DNA of 64,000 nt, taken from contig OX597839.1 of the NCBI GenBank assembly GCA_951406725.2, forward strand, positions 29,264,001 to 29,328,000, given 5' to 3'. Below the pieces are notes generated by a model that was given only the letters and a program-made list of their open reading frames with translations, was not told the origin of the DNA and made no database searches. This stretch comes from Octopus vulgaris. Taxonomy: Eukaryota. This document shows positions 53,801 through 64,000 of the stretch, in pieces. A program made the position numbers and the translations under genes. The stretch's first letter is position 1, and each line of letters opens with the position of its first letter.

Positions 53801-54150
53801 TTTTATTTGTTTCAGTCATTTGACTGCAGCCATACTGGAGCACCACCTTTTAGTCGAACAAATCGACCTCAGGACTTATTCTTTGTAAGCCTAGTACTTC
53901 TTCTATCGGTCTCTTTTGTCGAACTGCTAAGTTACGGGGATGTAACCATACCAACAACGGTTATATATATATATATATATATATATACGTCACGCTTCTT
54001 TCAGTTTCCGACTACCAAATGCACTCACAAGGCTTTGGTCGGCCTGAGACTATAGTAGAAGACACTTGCGCAACGTACCACGCAGTGGAACTGAACCCGG
54101 AACCATATGGTTGGTAAGTAAGCTTCTCACCACACAGCCACTCCTACGCC
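53790..54150 (-). mobile_element. SINE family A copy
   Basis: Reverse-strand full copy. Further partial copies at ~4465-4690, 17330-17480, 17595-17755, 20910-21560, 43415-43730 and 61091-61252. Confidence 0.82.
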
Positions 54151-54719
54151 TATGATGCATCACGTTCATTCTCCGCCCCACCCTATTCTCTTTTTTACTC
54201 CCTGATTTCCTTCTGAACTCTACTACGCTGTTAGAAGTAGCAGTCAAATCAACTCATCACCTTTAAAAGATAATGGAAGGACACATTGGAATGTTTAACC
54301 CGAAACGCAGCGTGTCCGAATAGAGGACGTGTTGAATGCGATTAGAAAGTCTTTTTCTCTAAATAAAGTTGATCTGCTGGGCCAGGACAGACCTGCGACT
54401 CAACAAGAACAACAACAAGACTACCCCAGCGGTAACATCAACGCTGGACCCTCCGATTAACCGTTCGATTTGGTAAAAACAGCGGCTAAATCTTCCTCAC
54501 CGTCTTTTAAACTCAAATATTCTATGCCTGAATATATATTTAAAAAATGAAAAAAGACTGGGTATTCATGACAAGAACACTTCTTAACAATAAGAACAAC
54601 AACAGCAGCAGTAGCAGCAACAACAATAATAACATTGGGGTCGGCTTGAAAAAAGAAACACACGCTCCTCTCCTTTAGAACCAAAGATAAAATCATCTCT
54701 ACTTCTCTTTCCCAATAAA

Positions 54720-54970
54720 TCTGGAAGTTAAAGGATGGCGTAAGGTGCTGAGCGGTGTTTGTACAATGCCAGCAGTTGGTGTGAAATGTTTCAGTTTGTA
54801 TGATCTGGATTGTGGTTGCATATTTGAGATGTGATACACTATTTCTACAGAAGGGCTTTTATGTGTCGCAGGAGTGTTTACTGATTAGGATCAAGGGAGT
54901 GTGAGCTGTACTGGTTCCTACATTAATGGTATAAAAAGGGTTAAACCAGAAAAAAACTTTTTCCCTTATT
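54720..54970 (-). pseudogene. Old Penelope-like ORF fragment related to 60420-60700
   Basis: KVFFWFNPFYTINVGTSTAH..LISKH; shares ggttaaaccagaaaa and tggattgtggtt..tatttga with the 60.5 kb copy. Confidence 0.55.
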
Positions 54971-55024
54971 ACTACATGCACACGTGCACGTGCACATATA
55001 TACAAACATACATACATATATGTC

Positions 55025-55396
55025 TCAGTGAAAACCTCAATAAGATGCAAGCATAATCGACCTGACATAGTAATGTAGCACAGACAAGAGAAACTGTGTA
55101 CAGTAGTGAAAATCAGCTGCCCAGCGGATGGTAACATAAAGCTGAAGATCAGTGAAAAAGAAAATACCTACGCTGAACTATTGAAGAATCTACAGCTACT
55201 CTATCCAGATTTCAAGTTCAGGTTTATACCTGCAATTCTTGGGGCACTGGGATATGTAACACACTGCCTAAACACCAGTCTTGAGAAATTACTCTTCTTC
55301 AAACCAGAAAGGAGAAAGCTGATTCAAAGACTACAGATCCAAGCCATCACTGGCATTATAAAAATCTGTAAAACTTTCTAGAAGTTCATCATTTAA
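55025..55396 (+). pseudogene. Restriction-like endonuclease (PD-D/ExK) end of an R4/Dong-like non-LTR retrotransposon
   Basis: KTSIRCKHNRPDIVM*..KLCTVVKISCPADGNIKLKISEKENTYAELL..LYPDFKFRFIPAILGALG; HNRPDIV and IPxIxGALG motifs. Confidence 0.82.
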
Positions 55397-55869
55397 GTAT
55401 AGATGAGTATGTCTAGATATGAGTATGTCTAGATATGCAATTATATGCATGAGAATACATACATAAAACAAAACATACAAATTTGTTGTTGAAATTCCTA
55501 CATGCACATGTGCGCGCACATATATACATACATACATACATGTCCCAGTGAAAACCTCAATAAGATGTAAATATAATGGACCTGACATAGTTATATGGGA
55601 CAGGAAAGAGAAACTGTGTGATGCTGTTGAAATTCCAATGAAGAAACTTTGGATCTGGGTAAGAAACTGGGGTTTTTTTCTCTATTGGCAAGAAATCTTG
55701 AAATAAAACTGAACAATGACATACACATACTTTCTGATGACCTCCCACGTGAATCCAAAGAGCAAGGTCAGCATAATTCGGCCAAAACTTTGAGAAGAAA
55801 CTCTTCAGGCTACAAAAAGGTTATGCCTGAGTAATGTGTTCCTGTCAGTTAAGGACGATGAAGATAATA

Positions 55870-56452
55870 ATGTTAGTTTCAAATTTTGGCACAAGGCCAA
55901 CGATTTTGTGGGGTGGGTGTTAAGTCGATTACATCGACCCAGTGTTCGACTGGTACTTAATTTATCGACCCCGAAAAGATGAAAGGCAAAGGCGACCTCG
56001 GCAGAATTTGAACTTAGAACGCAAAGATGGACGAAATACCTATTTCTTTACTACCCACAAGGGGCTAAACACAGAAGAGACAAACAAGGACAGACAAACG
56101 GATTAAGTCGATTACATCGACCCCAGTGCGTAACTGGTACTTAATTTATCGACCTCGAAAGGATGAAAGGCAAAGTCGACCTCGGCGGAATTTGAACTCA
56201 GAACGTAACGGCAGACGAGATACCGCTAAGCATTTTACCCGGCGTGCTAACGATTCTGCCGGATCTCCGCTTTATAGCAATAATAATAATAATGATTTAA
56301 AATTTTGGCACAGAGCCAAAAATTTTGTAGGAGGGGATAAGTCGATTACATCGATCCCAATGTTCGATTGGTACTTATTTTATCGATACCGAAAGGACGA
56401 AAGGCAAAGTCGACCTCGGCGGAATTTTAACTCAACGTAAAGACAGACGAAA
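55870..56452 (-). mobile_element. Cluster of three Nin/Deu-domain SINE copies (another cluster at 57570-58000)
   Basis: Repeated gtcgattacatcga..ggtactta..aaaggcaaagtcgacctcggcggaattt blocks. Confidence 0.8.
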
Positions 56453-56479
56453 TGATGATGATAATATTAATATGAAGTG

Positions 56480-58600
56480 TAGCCTTTCTTGGACTCGTGA
56501 CTGTGACATCAGGTCACATCTCGAATGTTAAGATGTTGCAATCCAAGAGCTGGAGAAAATATACGAAATATTTAATGAACAAAACACTAAAACCTTTAAA
56601 TTCCCAAGATGCAACCTCAAATGTCAATTATATCACACTTTTGTGGCGCATATCACACGTACAATCAGCAGCTGTCCAAAAACGTCAAAAGCAGCAATCA
56701 AGATGAGAACACAAGTCCGGCTAATACATAATATATCAAATTCCTCGTCTCAGAAATATAGAATTGTATCATGCAATCGCTTCAGAGCTGACGTAAGACA
56801 CCGGTGGAGCTTTATAAGCCTTAAAAATTCACTCTCACTCTGCCTGCAAACATAGCGTAGTGGACAAAAGTGTTATTTTAATACAGTGCAATTACGTAGA
56901 AGTTCTGAGTTCAATCCTAGGGAAGGCACTAAGGTGAATCACTAGACACCTGAAGAAGGATGGAGCATACATCATCCTAGACATAGTGAAAGCAAAGGCA
57001 ACAATGAAAGTGAGGACACCAGTCGGACTAATACAATTTTGTTCGTCTCAGAAATCTAGAATTGTAATGTCATTGTGCCAGCGCACAGCTCAGTGGTTGG
57101 AGCGTCGGGCTCACAATCATGAGGTCGTGGGTTCGATTCCCGGACCTGGCTGTGTGTCGTGTTCTTGAGCAAGACACTTTATTTCACGTTGCTCCAGTTC
57201 ACTCAGCTGTAGAAAGGAGTTGTGAGGTCAGTGGTGCCAAGGGGTATCGGCCCTTGCCATTCCTTTGGATAATATCGATGGGGTGGCCGGTATGCACGGG
57301 TTACTGCTGGTCTTCTATAAACAACCTTGCCCGGACTTGTTCCTCGGAGGGTAACTTTCTAGGTGCAATCCCATGGTCATTCATGAGCAAAGGGGGTCTT
57401 TACCCTTTTTACCCTTTGATATCATCGCTGTATTACCTTCCACCGCGATGTGGTGTCATTCCTAAAACAATACACAATGCCCGGCTCCCGTGGAATTTAT
57501 TTAAATACCATCTCTGCTGTCGAATGCATGCAATACGTCAACATAAGGAATATTGATGAAACATCCCTATCCTTTTCTACTCTAGGCACAAGGCCCGAAA
57601 TTTTGTGGGGAGGTGGCCAGTCGATTAGATTAACATCACTACGCAACTGGTACTTAATTTATCGACCTCGAAAGGAAGAAAGGCAAAGTCGTCCATGGCG
57701 GAATTTGAACTCAGAACGTAAAGACAGACGAAATATCGCTAAGCATTTCGCCCGGCGAACGTTTCTTATTTCTTTACTGACCACAAGGGGCTAAACATAG
57801 AGGGGACAAACAAGGACAGACAAACGGATTAAGTCGATTATATCGACCTCAGTGCGTAACTGGTACTTATTTAATCTTCCCCGAAAGGATGAAAGGCAAA
57901 GTCGATCTCGGCGGAATTTGAACTCAGAACATAAAGACAGACGAAATACCGCTAAGCATTCCATCCGGCGTGCTAATCATTCTGCCAGCTCGTCGCCTTG
58001 AAGAAACATTCCCATCAAGACTTTACTATGTGCAAACGTAACGGGTGCACCATTATATTTTGGGACAGAAATATGGCGGTGAACCGGCAGAGTTGTAACC
58101 GGCGAAAATGTTTAATGTTTAACGGCATTCCTTTCGGCTCTTTAAATTCTGAGTTCAAACCTTAACCCTAAACTTTGCTTCTCATAATTTCGGTGTCAAC
58201 AAAATAGCTCCAGTTTCATTTCGAGGTATGTAATAAGCTTCCCCTTACTCTCAAATTTGCTGGTTTCGTGCCAGAAGTTGAAAAAGTTATGGGGGACAGA
58301 AAAACAAAAGCACGTATAGTCGTAGAGGTTAACCGTTCTGCAGATATGAACATCTCTTCCAAGATTAGTAAGAAGGGGAATATTTATGGACAGCTACTTC
58401 GAAACGTGCAACTTCTCTACCCTGACTGTAAATTTACATCCATGCCAATAATTCTTGGTGCACTCAGTTATTTTAGTAAATGTCTGAGAATCTGAAAACA
58501 AAATCTAGGACCATCAAGGAAATAAAGAAACAGCCGATTAAAACCCGCTTTACACTGCCTGGAAGTGGAACAGTATAAATATGCAAAACTTTGTTATCCA
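56480..58600 (+). pseudogene. Old R4/Dong-like retroposon fragmented by nested SINEs
   Basis: Collinear pieces: HITRTISSCPK (zinc-knuckle end, ~56650), YYLPPRCGVIPKTIHNA (~57430), and IVVEVNRSADMNI..YGQLLRNVQLLYPD..PIILGAL (58285-58495). Confidence 0.6.
57080..57417 (+). mobile_element. tRNA/CORE-like SINE
   Basis: agctcagtggttgg..gggttcgattcc head, ttgagcaagacactt core, taccctt tail; inverted relative at 40745-41016. Confidence 0.8.
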
Positions 58601-58698
58601 CATTCCAGCGATTGACCTTCTGTTTCTTTACTAGAAACCATTTCCTTCTTTCTAGGAATATATAGGATAAAAAAAACATAAAAAGTCGTACATACATA

Positions 58699-58886
58699 GG
58701 CGTAGGAGTGGCTGTGTTGTAAGTAGCTTCTTTACCAACCACATGGTTCCGGGTTCAGTCCCACTGCGTGGCACCTTGGGCAAGTGTCTTCTACTATAGC
58801 CTCGGGCCGACCAAAGCCTTGTGAGTGGATTTGGTTGACGGAAACTGAAAGAAGCCAGTCGTATATATGTATATATATGTGTGTGT

Positions 58887-58954
<68 letters not shown>

Positions 58955-59170
58955 ATGTTTGTGCGTCTGTGTTTGTCTTCCCGACATAGTTTGACAACCG
59001 ATGCTGGTGTGTTTACGTCCCCATAACTTAGCGGCTCAGCAAAAGAGACCGATAGAATAAGTACTAGGCTTACAAAGAATAAGTCCTGGGGTCGATTTGC
59101 TTGGCTAAAGGCGGTGCTCCAGCATGGCCACAGTTAAATGACTGAAACAAGGAAAAGAGTAAAGAGAGTA
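58699..59170 (+). mobile_element. tRNA-derived SINE, family A (internal microsatellite), near full length
   Basis: A/B-box-like head (tggctgtgttgtaag..ggttcagtccc), ttgggcaagtg body, internal (TA/TG/GA)n and ..aaatgactgaaacaag tail; CpGs retained. Confidence 0.85.
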
Positions 59171-59194
59171 AATACATACATACATACATCACAC

Positions 59195-59745
59195 ATGATT
59201 AGCTACTGCTCAAAAATGTTGCGAAGGTCCTACCTCCTTACACGATACGACGTTGTCACAGAAACAATACACAATACCTTTCGGTAAAAAGACTGTCCTG
59301 GAATAAATACAGAGAAGCCCGCTGTTATTGAATACGTACACAAGTACCGGCACAAAGAATTCTGGTGGAAGGTTCCTATCGAAACATCTGTCAAGTGTAA
59401 TAACAGACCAGGCTTTGTTGTTTGGCACAGACAAGAAAGAAGTACGTCCCGGCACAGAGGTCGGCTGTCCTGCTGATGCGAATATCTCTTTGAAAATCAA
59501 AGAGAAAGAGAATCACAATGGACAGTTGCTTCGAATCCTTCAGCTTCTGTATCCAGATTATAAAATCACATTTATACCAGTAATAACCAGTGCACTTGGT
59601 TTCGGGGGTTAATAACTGAGTAGTAATCTGGATAAGCTAGCGTTTTCAGAAAACGAAATCAACCAACCGATTCGCAACATCACAAATACAATCTTTGAGC
59701 GGAAGAGTCAAAATTTGTCAGACTTTTTCTCAAGTTTAAAATGTG
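59195..59745 (+). pseudogene. R4/Dong-like retroposon 3' fragment
   Basis: ..EVGCPADANISLKIKEKENHNGQLLRILQLLYPDYKITFIPVITSALG.., homologous to 55025-55396. Confidence 0.72.
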
Positions 59746-59982
59746 ACTTTCTTTTCTCCGGCGATGGGACTTTGTATCTTTGTTGGAAACCATCTCCTCC
59801 TCCCTCACAGGAAGAATTTAAATAATTAAAAACAGAAAAGAAACATATACACACATATACATACAAATACAGGTTTGTACGCGATACCTGTGTTCTCTAA
59901 GGGTTCCGTCTGCTAGAGCCGATCATAGAGCTACACCTGCGGGGCCGAGCAGGTGTTGATTATGTTGCTATCCTATAAATTT

Positions 59983-60217
59983 AAAGGCGACGAGCTGGCA
60001 GAATCGTTAGCACGCCGGGCGAAATGCGTAGCCGTATTTCGTCTACCGTTACGTTCTGAGTTCAAATTCCGCCGAGGCCGACTTTGCCTTTCATCCTTTC
60101 GGGGTCGATAAATTAAGTATCAGTTACGCACTGGGGGTCGATGTAATCGACTTAATCCGTTTGTCTGTCCTTGTTTGTCCCCTCTGTGTTTAGCCCCTTG
60201 TGGGTAGTAAAGAAATA
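59983..60217 (+). mobile_element. Nin/Deu-domain SINE, young copy with TSD
   Basis: gactttgcctttcatcctttcggggtcgataaattaagta domain; 14-bp TSD tatcctataaattt (59969-59982, 60218-60231). Confidence 0.85.
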
Positions 60218-60219
60218 TA

Positions 60220-60563
60220 TCCTATAAATTTCAGATTTACCAGGATAATGGTGGAGTTAACTTTATCTCTAGTCCTAAAGCAATGGGTGCTTTGAGCGTG
60301 TCCGCTTTTAAAGATATCTTTCGTAGGGTCAATGTACTTTCTCCTGAGGCCATCTGCAGTTGATACGTTTTTCTCTCTACGCAAGTACCTTTGTGAAGCA
60401 CATGTTATTAAGTGTATAGGAAGAAGTGTTTCTAAAATTTCGGCGGTTGGCGCGAAGTGCTTCTGTTTACATGGCTTGGATTGTGGTTACGTATTTGAAT
60501 TACGATACGAAACTATTTAAGCAGCTGTGACTAATCTTAACATTGTTCCTACGGAAGTGTTTA

Positions 60564-60600
<37 letters not shown>

Positions 60601-60700
60601 CTGCGTATTTACTGATTATCGCCAGGGAAGCGTGGGCTGTATTGCTATTTCCTGAAATAATGCTACAAGGGGGGTTAAACCAGAAAACGCTTTCAGTATT
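60220..60700 (-). pseudogene. Old Penelope-like ORF fragment
   Basis: VFWFNPPCS..HKHFRRNNVKISHSC, then KYIDPTKDIFKSGH..HCFR..NST, with stops and an internal TA expansion. WFNPP and decayed YIG motifs. Confidence 0.65.
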
Positions 60701-60747
60701 TATACCAAAAAATAAATAAAGTAACAGAGGCAATATCAATACCAAAA

Positions 60748-60906
60748 GGTAATATATTCACCACTTAAAAGTGAATGTTGCGTTGGAACACACAAATACT
60801 ATTTTTATACACCAAATAACCATATGAAAGTTTTCTCTTTTGGTAAATATCGCAGCATTTGTGTGTTTTAACGCAGCATCCACTTTTAAGTGGTGAATAT
60901 TTTACC
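60748..60906. mobile_element. Short foldback element/MITE with 50-bp inverted arms
   Basis: 60748-60797 vs reverse complement of 60857-60906 match at 45/50 positions by manual comparison. Confidence 0.75.
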
Positions 60907-61264
60907 ATTATTTAAACTATTTTATCGGGCATTTCCCAAACGTTCTATTTTTTCTTTGTAGTCAATTCTTATTAATGCATCATTATAGTCGGGCACGGCT
61001 AGATTGAGTATCTTCCAGTAAGAGATTTTTTATATTGACTACTAAGTTTTTTATGGATTTGGCGGTGGGTGTGAGGTTTTGTTTATGTAAGCGCAAGTAT
61101 GGATGTGTGGTAAGAAGCTTGCTTCCCAATCACATGGTTCCGGGTTCAGTCCCACTGCATAGCACTTTGGGAAAGTGTCTTCTACTATAAACCCGGGGTC
61201 GACCAAAGCCTTGTGAGTAGATTTAGTAGACGCAAACTGAAGGAAGCCCGTTGAATATATATAT

Positions 61265-62405
61265 CAAGAAAGGAGACATAAACCAGAATGAAAAACACCC
61301 GCTGCGGCCACATCGTGATAGTAGCAATAATAGTGACATAGCCAACACGGTAACCGCGTAGGAAAATGAAGTCAGAACTGCCACATATACAACTAAATCT
61401 AATAAATGCTCATGCAGTGAAAAGTCAAAATGCCCATTGATGAACCTCTGTATGAGTACAAATCTTGTATATAAATATACCGTACAGACAAGGCGAGAAT
61501 CGTACGTTTACATAGGAGCTACGGTTGATTCATTTAAGAATCGTTATCGCAACCATGTCGCCAGCTTCAAGAAAATCAACAAGAGGCATTTAACATCTTT
61601 GGCTGATTTTGTGTGGCAACCTAAGGAAGATAAATTAAATATGATCTAACTTGGTTCATAATAAGGCACACACAACCGTATAATAGCCTTTCGAGGAGAT
61701 GCAGACTCTGCTCCGATGAATCCCTGTCTATTTTGTGGACCAACGAGAAGACCATTGTGGACCACGAGAAGATCAACAGAATTTCTGAAAGACTCCCGAG
61801 GTGCTTACATGCTTATAAATGCGCTTTCGCACAATGCAGTGGGAATGAATTGAGTAACCAAATTAATAAACATAATTGATCTTAAGGTATTGATGAATTA
61901 AATTTCACTCTAGCCTTCCCATTCTTATAAACACTAAGTAGCTATTTAATTCGCTGTGTGAGCGTACGTGCACCAAACCAGGCGTGTACGCATGCTTCTA
62001 TCTTCGTGGATGTTTGTACGAGCGAGTGTATGCGTGCCATACAACCGAAGCGAGGGCGTTTACACATCCATATCTGTTAACGGTCATCTTTAATACTTTC
62101 TTTCGCTGTTTTGTGTTTAAGTTTCTTTTGGCATCTGTTATTTATTATTGATCTTCTATAAAAATGAAGCTGTATCCCTTAATTTGTTGCTTTTCTATAC
62201 ACAAACTGAGGAAATATTTTGTGAAACAGTAGTTATTTTAATGAGATACATCTTGTAATCACCTGAAGAGGCACAGCTACCGACGGATATTCCGAATCCA
62301 GCCGTTAAGTATCCCACTCGTGAGAGACCGATGCTAGATGGGTCGAAACAATTGTAGTGATTAATAAGCATTTTTGCATCCTCTATCTTCCATCTCTCTC
62401 ATAAA
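61265..62405 (+). mobile_element. 5'-truncated Penelope-like element (Neptune-type GIY-YIG endonuclease pseudogene plus 3' hammerhead)
   Basis: Reads CSCSEKSKCPLMNLC..LVYKYTV..YVYIGAT..FKNRYRNHVASF..TSLADFVW, then a frameshift to LTWFII..PY..CRLCSDE..INRISE..RCLH. This is a Cys linker plus GIY-YIG plus C-terminal CxxC/CxH. Flanked by TA and (CA)n microsatellite. Confidence 0.88.
62256..62363 (+). ncRNA. Type I hammerhead ribozyme, intact core, in 3' region of a Penelope-like element
   Basis: Stem I taatcac/gtgatta (7 bp); CUGAAGA 62263-62269; stem II ggcacagcta/tagatgggtc with a long insert; GAAA 62345-62348; palindromic ACAAUUGU stem III; triplet GUA ending at 62356. Confidence 0.82.
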
Positions 62406-62468
<63 letters not shown>

Positions 62469-62813
62469 ACTCACGAAAAATTAATTTACGAAGGTGTCTT
62501 TAATTCTATTATTATCCAATGTAACTATTTTTGGTGAATTAATAAGAGTTTTGACTGTTATTTCAAGCAGGTAAACATACTTACTATGTCCTTTGATTAA
62601 TTTATATATATATATATATATATATATAGGTTATGAGAGGTAATGGTGTCAGTGAGACCCAAAGGTGTCAGGTGATGCTGAATATCTGCTATAGATAGAC
62701 CATAGTTAAATTCCAGGTTCGGTGATTATGCGAATAAGAAAATGTCCTAATCTACACAGCCTTGATCTTTTATCTCATTACGGAAAAAAATTATATATAT
62801 ATATATATATATA

Positions 62814-62938
62814 TAATAATGAAGGGTGAAATTAATTAATTTGGAATAATTATCAATAACACCAAGTAGTCTTCGGCATGTAAAAGCCTCATTCGAGGAA
62901 AATTTAAGTAATACTAAGCAATAAAGGGTTTGACAACG
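62814..62938 (-). mobile_element. Inverted terminal segment of the 594-bp array
   Basis: 62814-62938 is the reverse complement of 63448-63572 (125 bp) and abuts a (TA)n tract on its left. Confidence 0.9.
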
Positions 62939-63185
62939 ATAATTATTCCAAATTAATTAATTTCACCCTTCATTATTACGGATAACCATATTTTATCTCA
63001 GTAGATGACCACAGCATCTTGTTTTGGCTACACGCGGGTGGGAAGGGGCTGGTGACACAATCTCTTCATTCACACATTGAATTTGGTGATACTAGTTGCG
63101 GATTCTAGCTCGCTCTGATACTGAGTTGAGTTGATGCCTTCTAGTATCTCAAAATTCAATATATAATCATTTATGATTATAGTAT

Positions 63186-63286
63186 TCTACGCTGAAGAGA
63201 AAAGAAGTTCTTGGTAAGATAGAATTATTTAATATTTAATTCTTATGCTTTCCTAAGAACTTGATTTCGAAACGTACGTCCGTAGA
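63186..63286 (+). ncRNA. Type I hammerhead ribozyme, intact core (copy 1)
   Basis: Stem I tctacg/cgtaga; core CUGAAGA 63192-63198; long stem II (gaaa..aagttctt..agaatta / taattct..aagaactt..tttc); GAAA 63269-63272; stem III AC-GUAC-GU (palindrome ACGUACGU); cleavage triplet GUC ending at 63280. Confidence 0.9.
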
Positions 63287-63779
63287 TAACTTAAAATTGT
63301 ATGATAGATTGCCGTCAATTCATTCCCTCTTACCTGTTTGTGTCTGCCTTCCAATTGCTGTTTTTACTGAGATCTCCCTTTTTAGTAGAAGAAATAGCTA
63401 TAACTCTTTGACTGCTATTTCTAAATTCGGTATGTGGTAAGGCAATTCGTTGTCAAACCCTTTATTGCTTAGTATTACTTAAATTTTCCTCGAATGAGGC
63501 TTTTACATGCCGAAGACTACTTGGTGTTATTGATAATTATTCCAAATTAATTAATTTCACCCTTCATTATTACGGATAACCATATTTTATCTCAGTAGAT
63601 GACCACAGCATCTTGTTTTGGCTACACGCGGGTGGGAAGGGGCTGGTGACACAATCTCTTCATTCACACATTGAATTTGGTGATACTAGTTGCGGATTCT
63701 AGCTCGCTCTGATACTGAGTTGAGTTGATGCCTTCTAGTATCTCAAAATTCAATATATAATCATTTATGATTATAGTAT

Positions 63780-63880
63780 TCTACGCTGAAGAGAAAAGAA
63801 GTTCTTGGTAAGATAGAATTATTTAATATTTAATTCTTATGCTTTCCTAAGAACTTGATTTCGAAACGTACGTCCGTAGA
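63780..63880 (+). ncRNA. Type I hammerhead ribozyme, intact core (copy 2)
   Basis: Identical to 63186-63286, shifted by 594; predicted cleavage after C63874. Confidence 0.9.
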
Positions 63881-64000
63881 TAACTTAAAATTGTATGATA
63901 GATTGCCGTCAATTCATTCCCTCTTACCTGTTTGTGTCTGCCTTCCAATTGCTGTTTTTACTGAGATCTCCTTTTTAGTAGAAGAAATAGCTATAACTCT

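Larger units (their letters stand above)
62938..64000 (+). repeat. 594-bp tandem repeat carrying a hammerhead ribozyme (retrozyme-like / Penelope pseudo-LTR array); unit 1 62938-63531, unit 2 63532 to window end
   Basis: gataattattcc starts at 62938 and 63532; ctacgCTGAAGA starts at 63187 and 63781 (period 594). By eye the copies differ by one C indel (gatctccc vs gatctcc). No ORF of 60 aa or more. Confidence 0.95.

Overview
Eukaryotic, very AT-rich and microsatellite-saturated DNA that looks like an octopus (coleoid cephalopod) genome. This assignment is inferred from the exon sequences and the SINE repertoire. Almost all ORFs in the supplied track are microsatellite artefacts. The only host gene I can support is on the minus strand: exon 1 (47531-47419, [38 protein letters not shown]) and exon 2 (9994-9918, IRSVMHKHLLKNGIVTFEHIFDQRIG) of a GRK2/3-type G-protein-coupled receptor kinase, the family that includes cephalopod rhodopsin kinase. 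The two exons are separated by a 37,424-bp intron, and exon 3 was not found. The rest is mostly mobile DNA: several tRNA-derived and Nin/Deu-domain SINEs, piggyBac/hAT/mariner MITEs, a DD37D Tc1/mariner relic, restriction-like-endonuclease (R4/Dong-like) retroposon fragments, and many Penelope-like (GIY-YIG) fragments sitting in (TA)n tracts. The hidden layer is RNA. At least eight type-I hammerhead ribozyme motifs can be read directly from the sequence. The best candidate for an undescribed system is at the right end: a near-identical, non-coding, highly structured 594-bp tandem repeat (62938-64000+). Each unit carries an intact hammerhead with a ~70-nt stem II and a palindromic stem III, and the array has a 125-bp inverted terminus. 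It is predicted to self-process into 594-nt monomers or circles (retrozyme-like). Five further hammerhead motifs lie in sense orientation inside the kinase intron 1, and each is either crippled by a defect or dependent on dimerisation.
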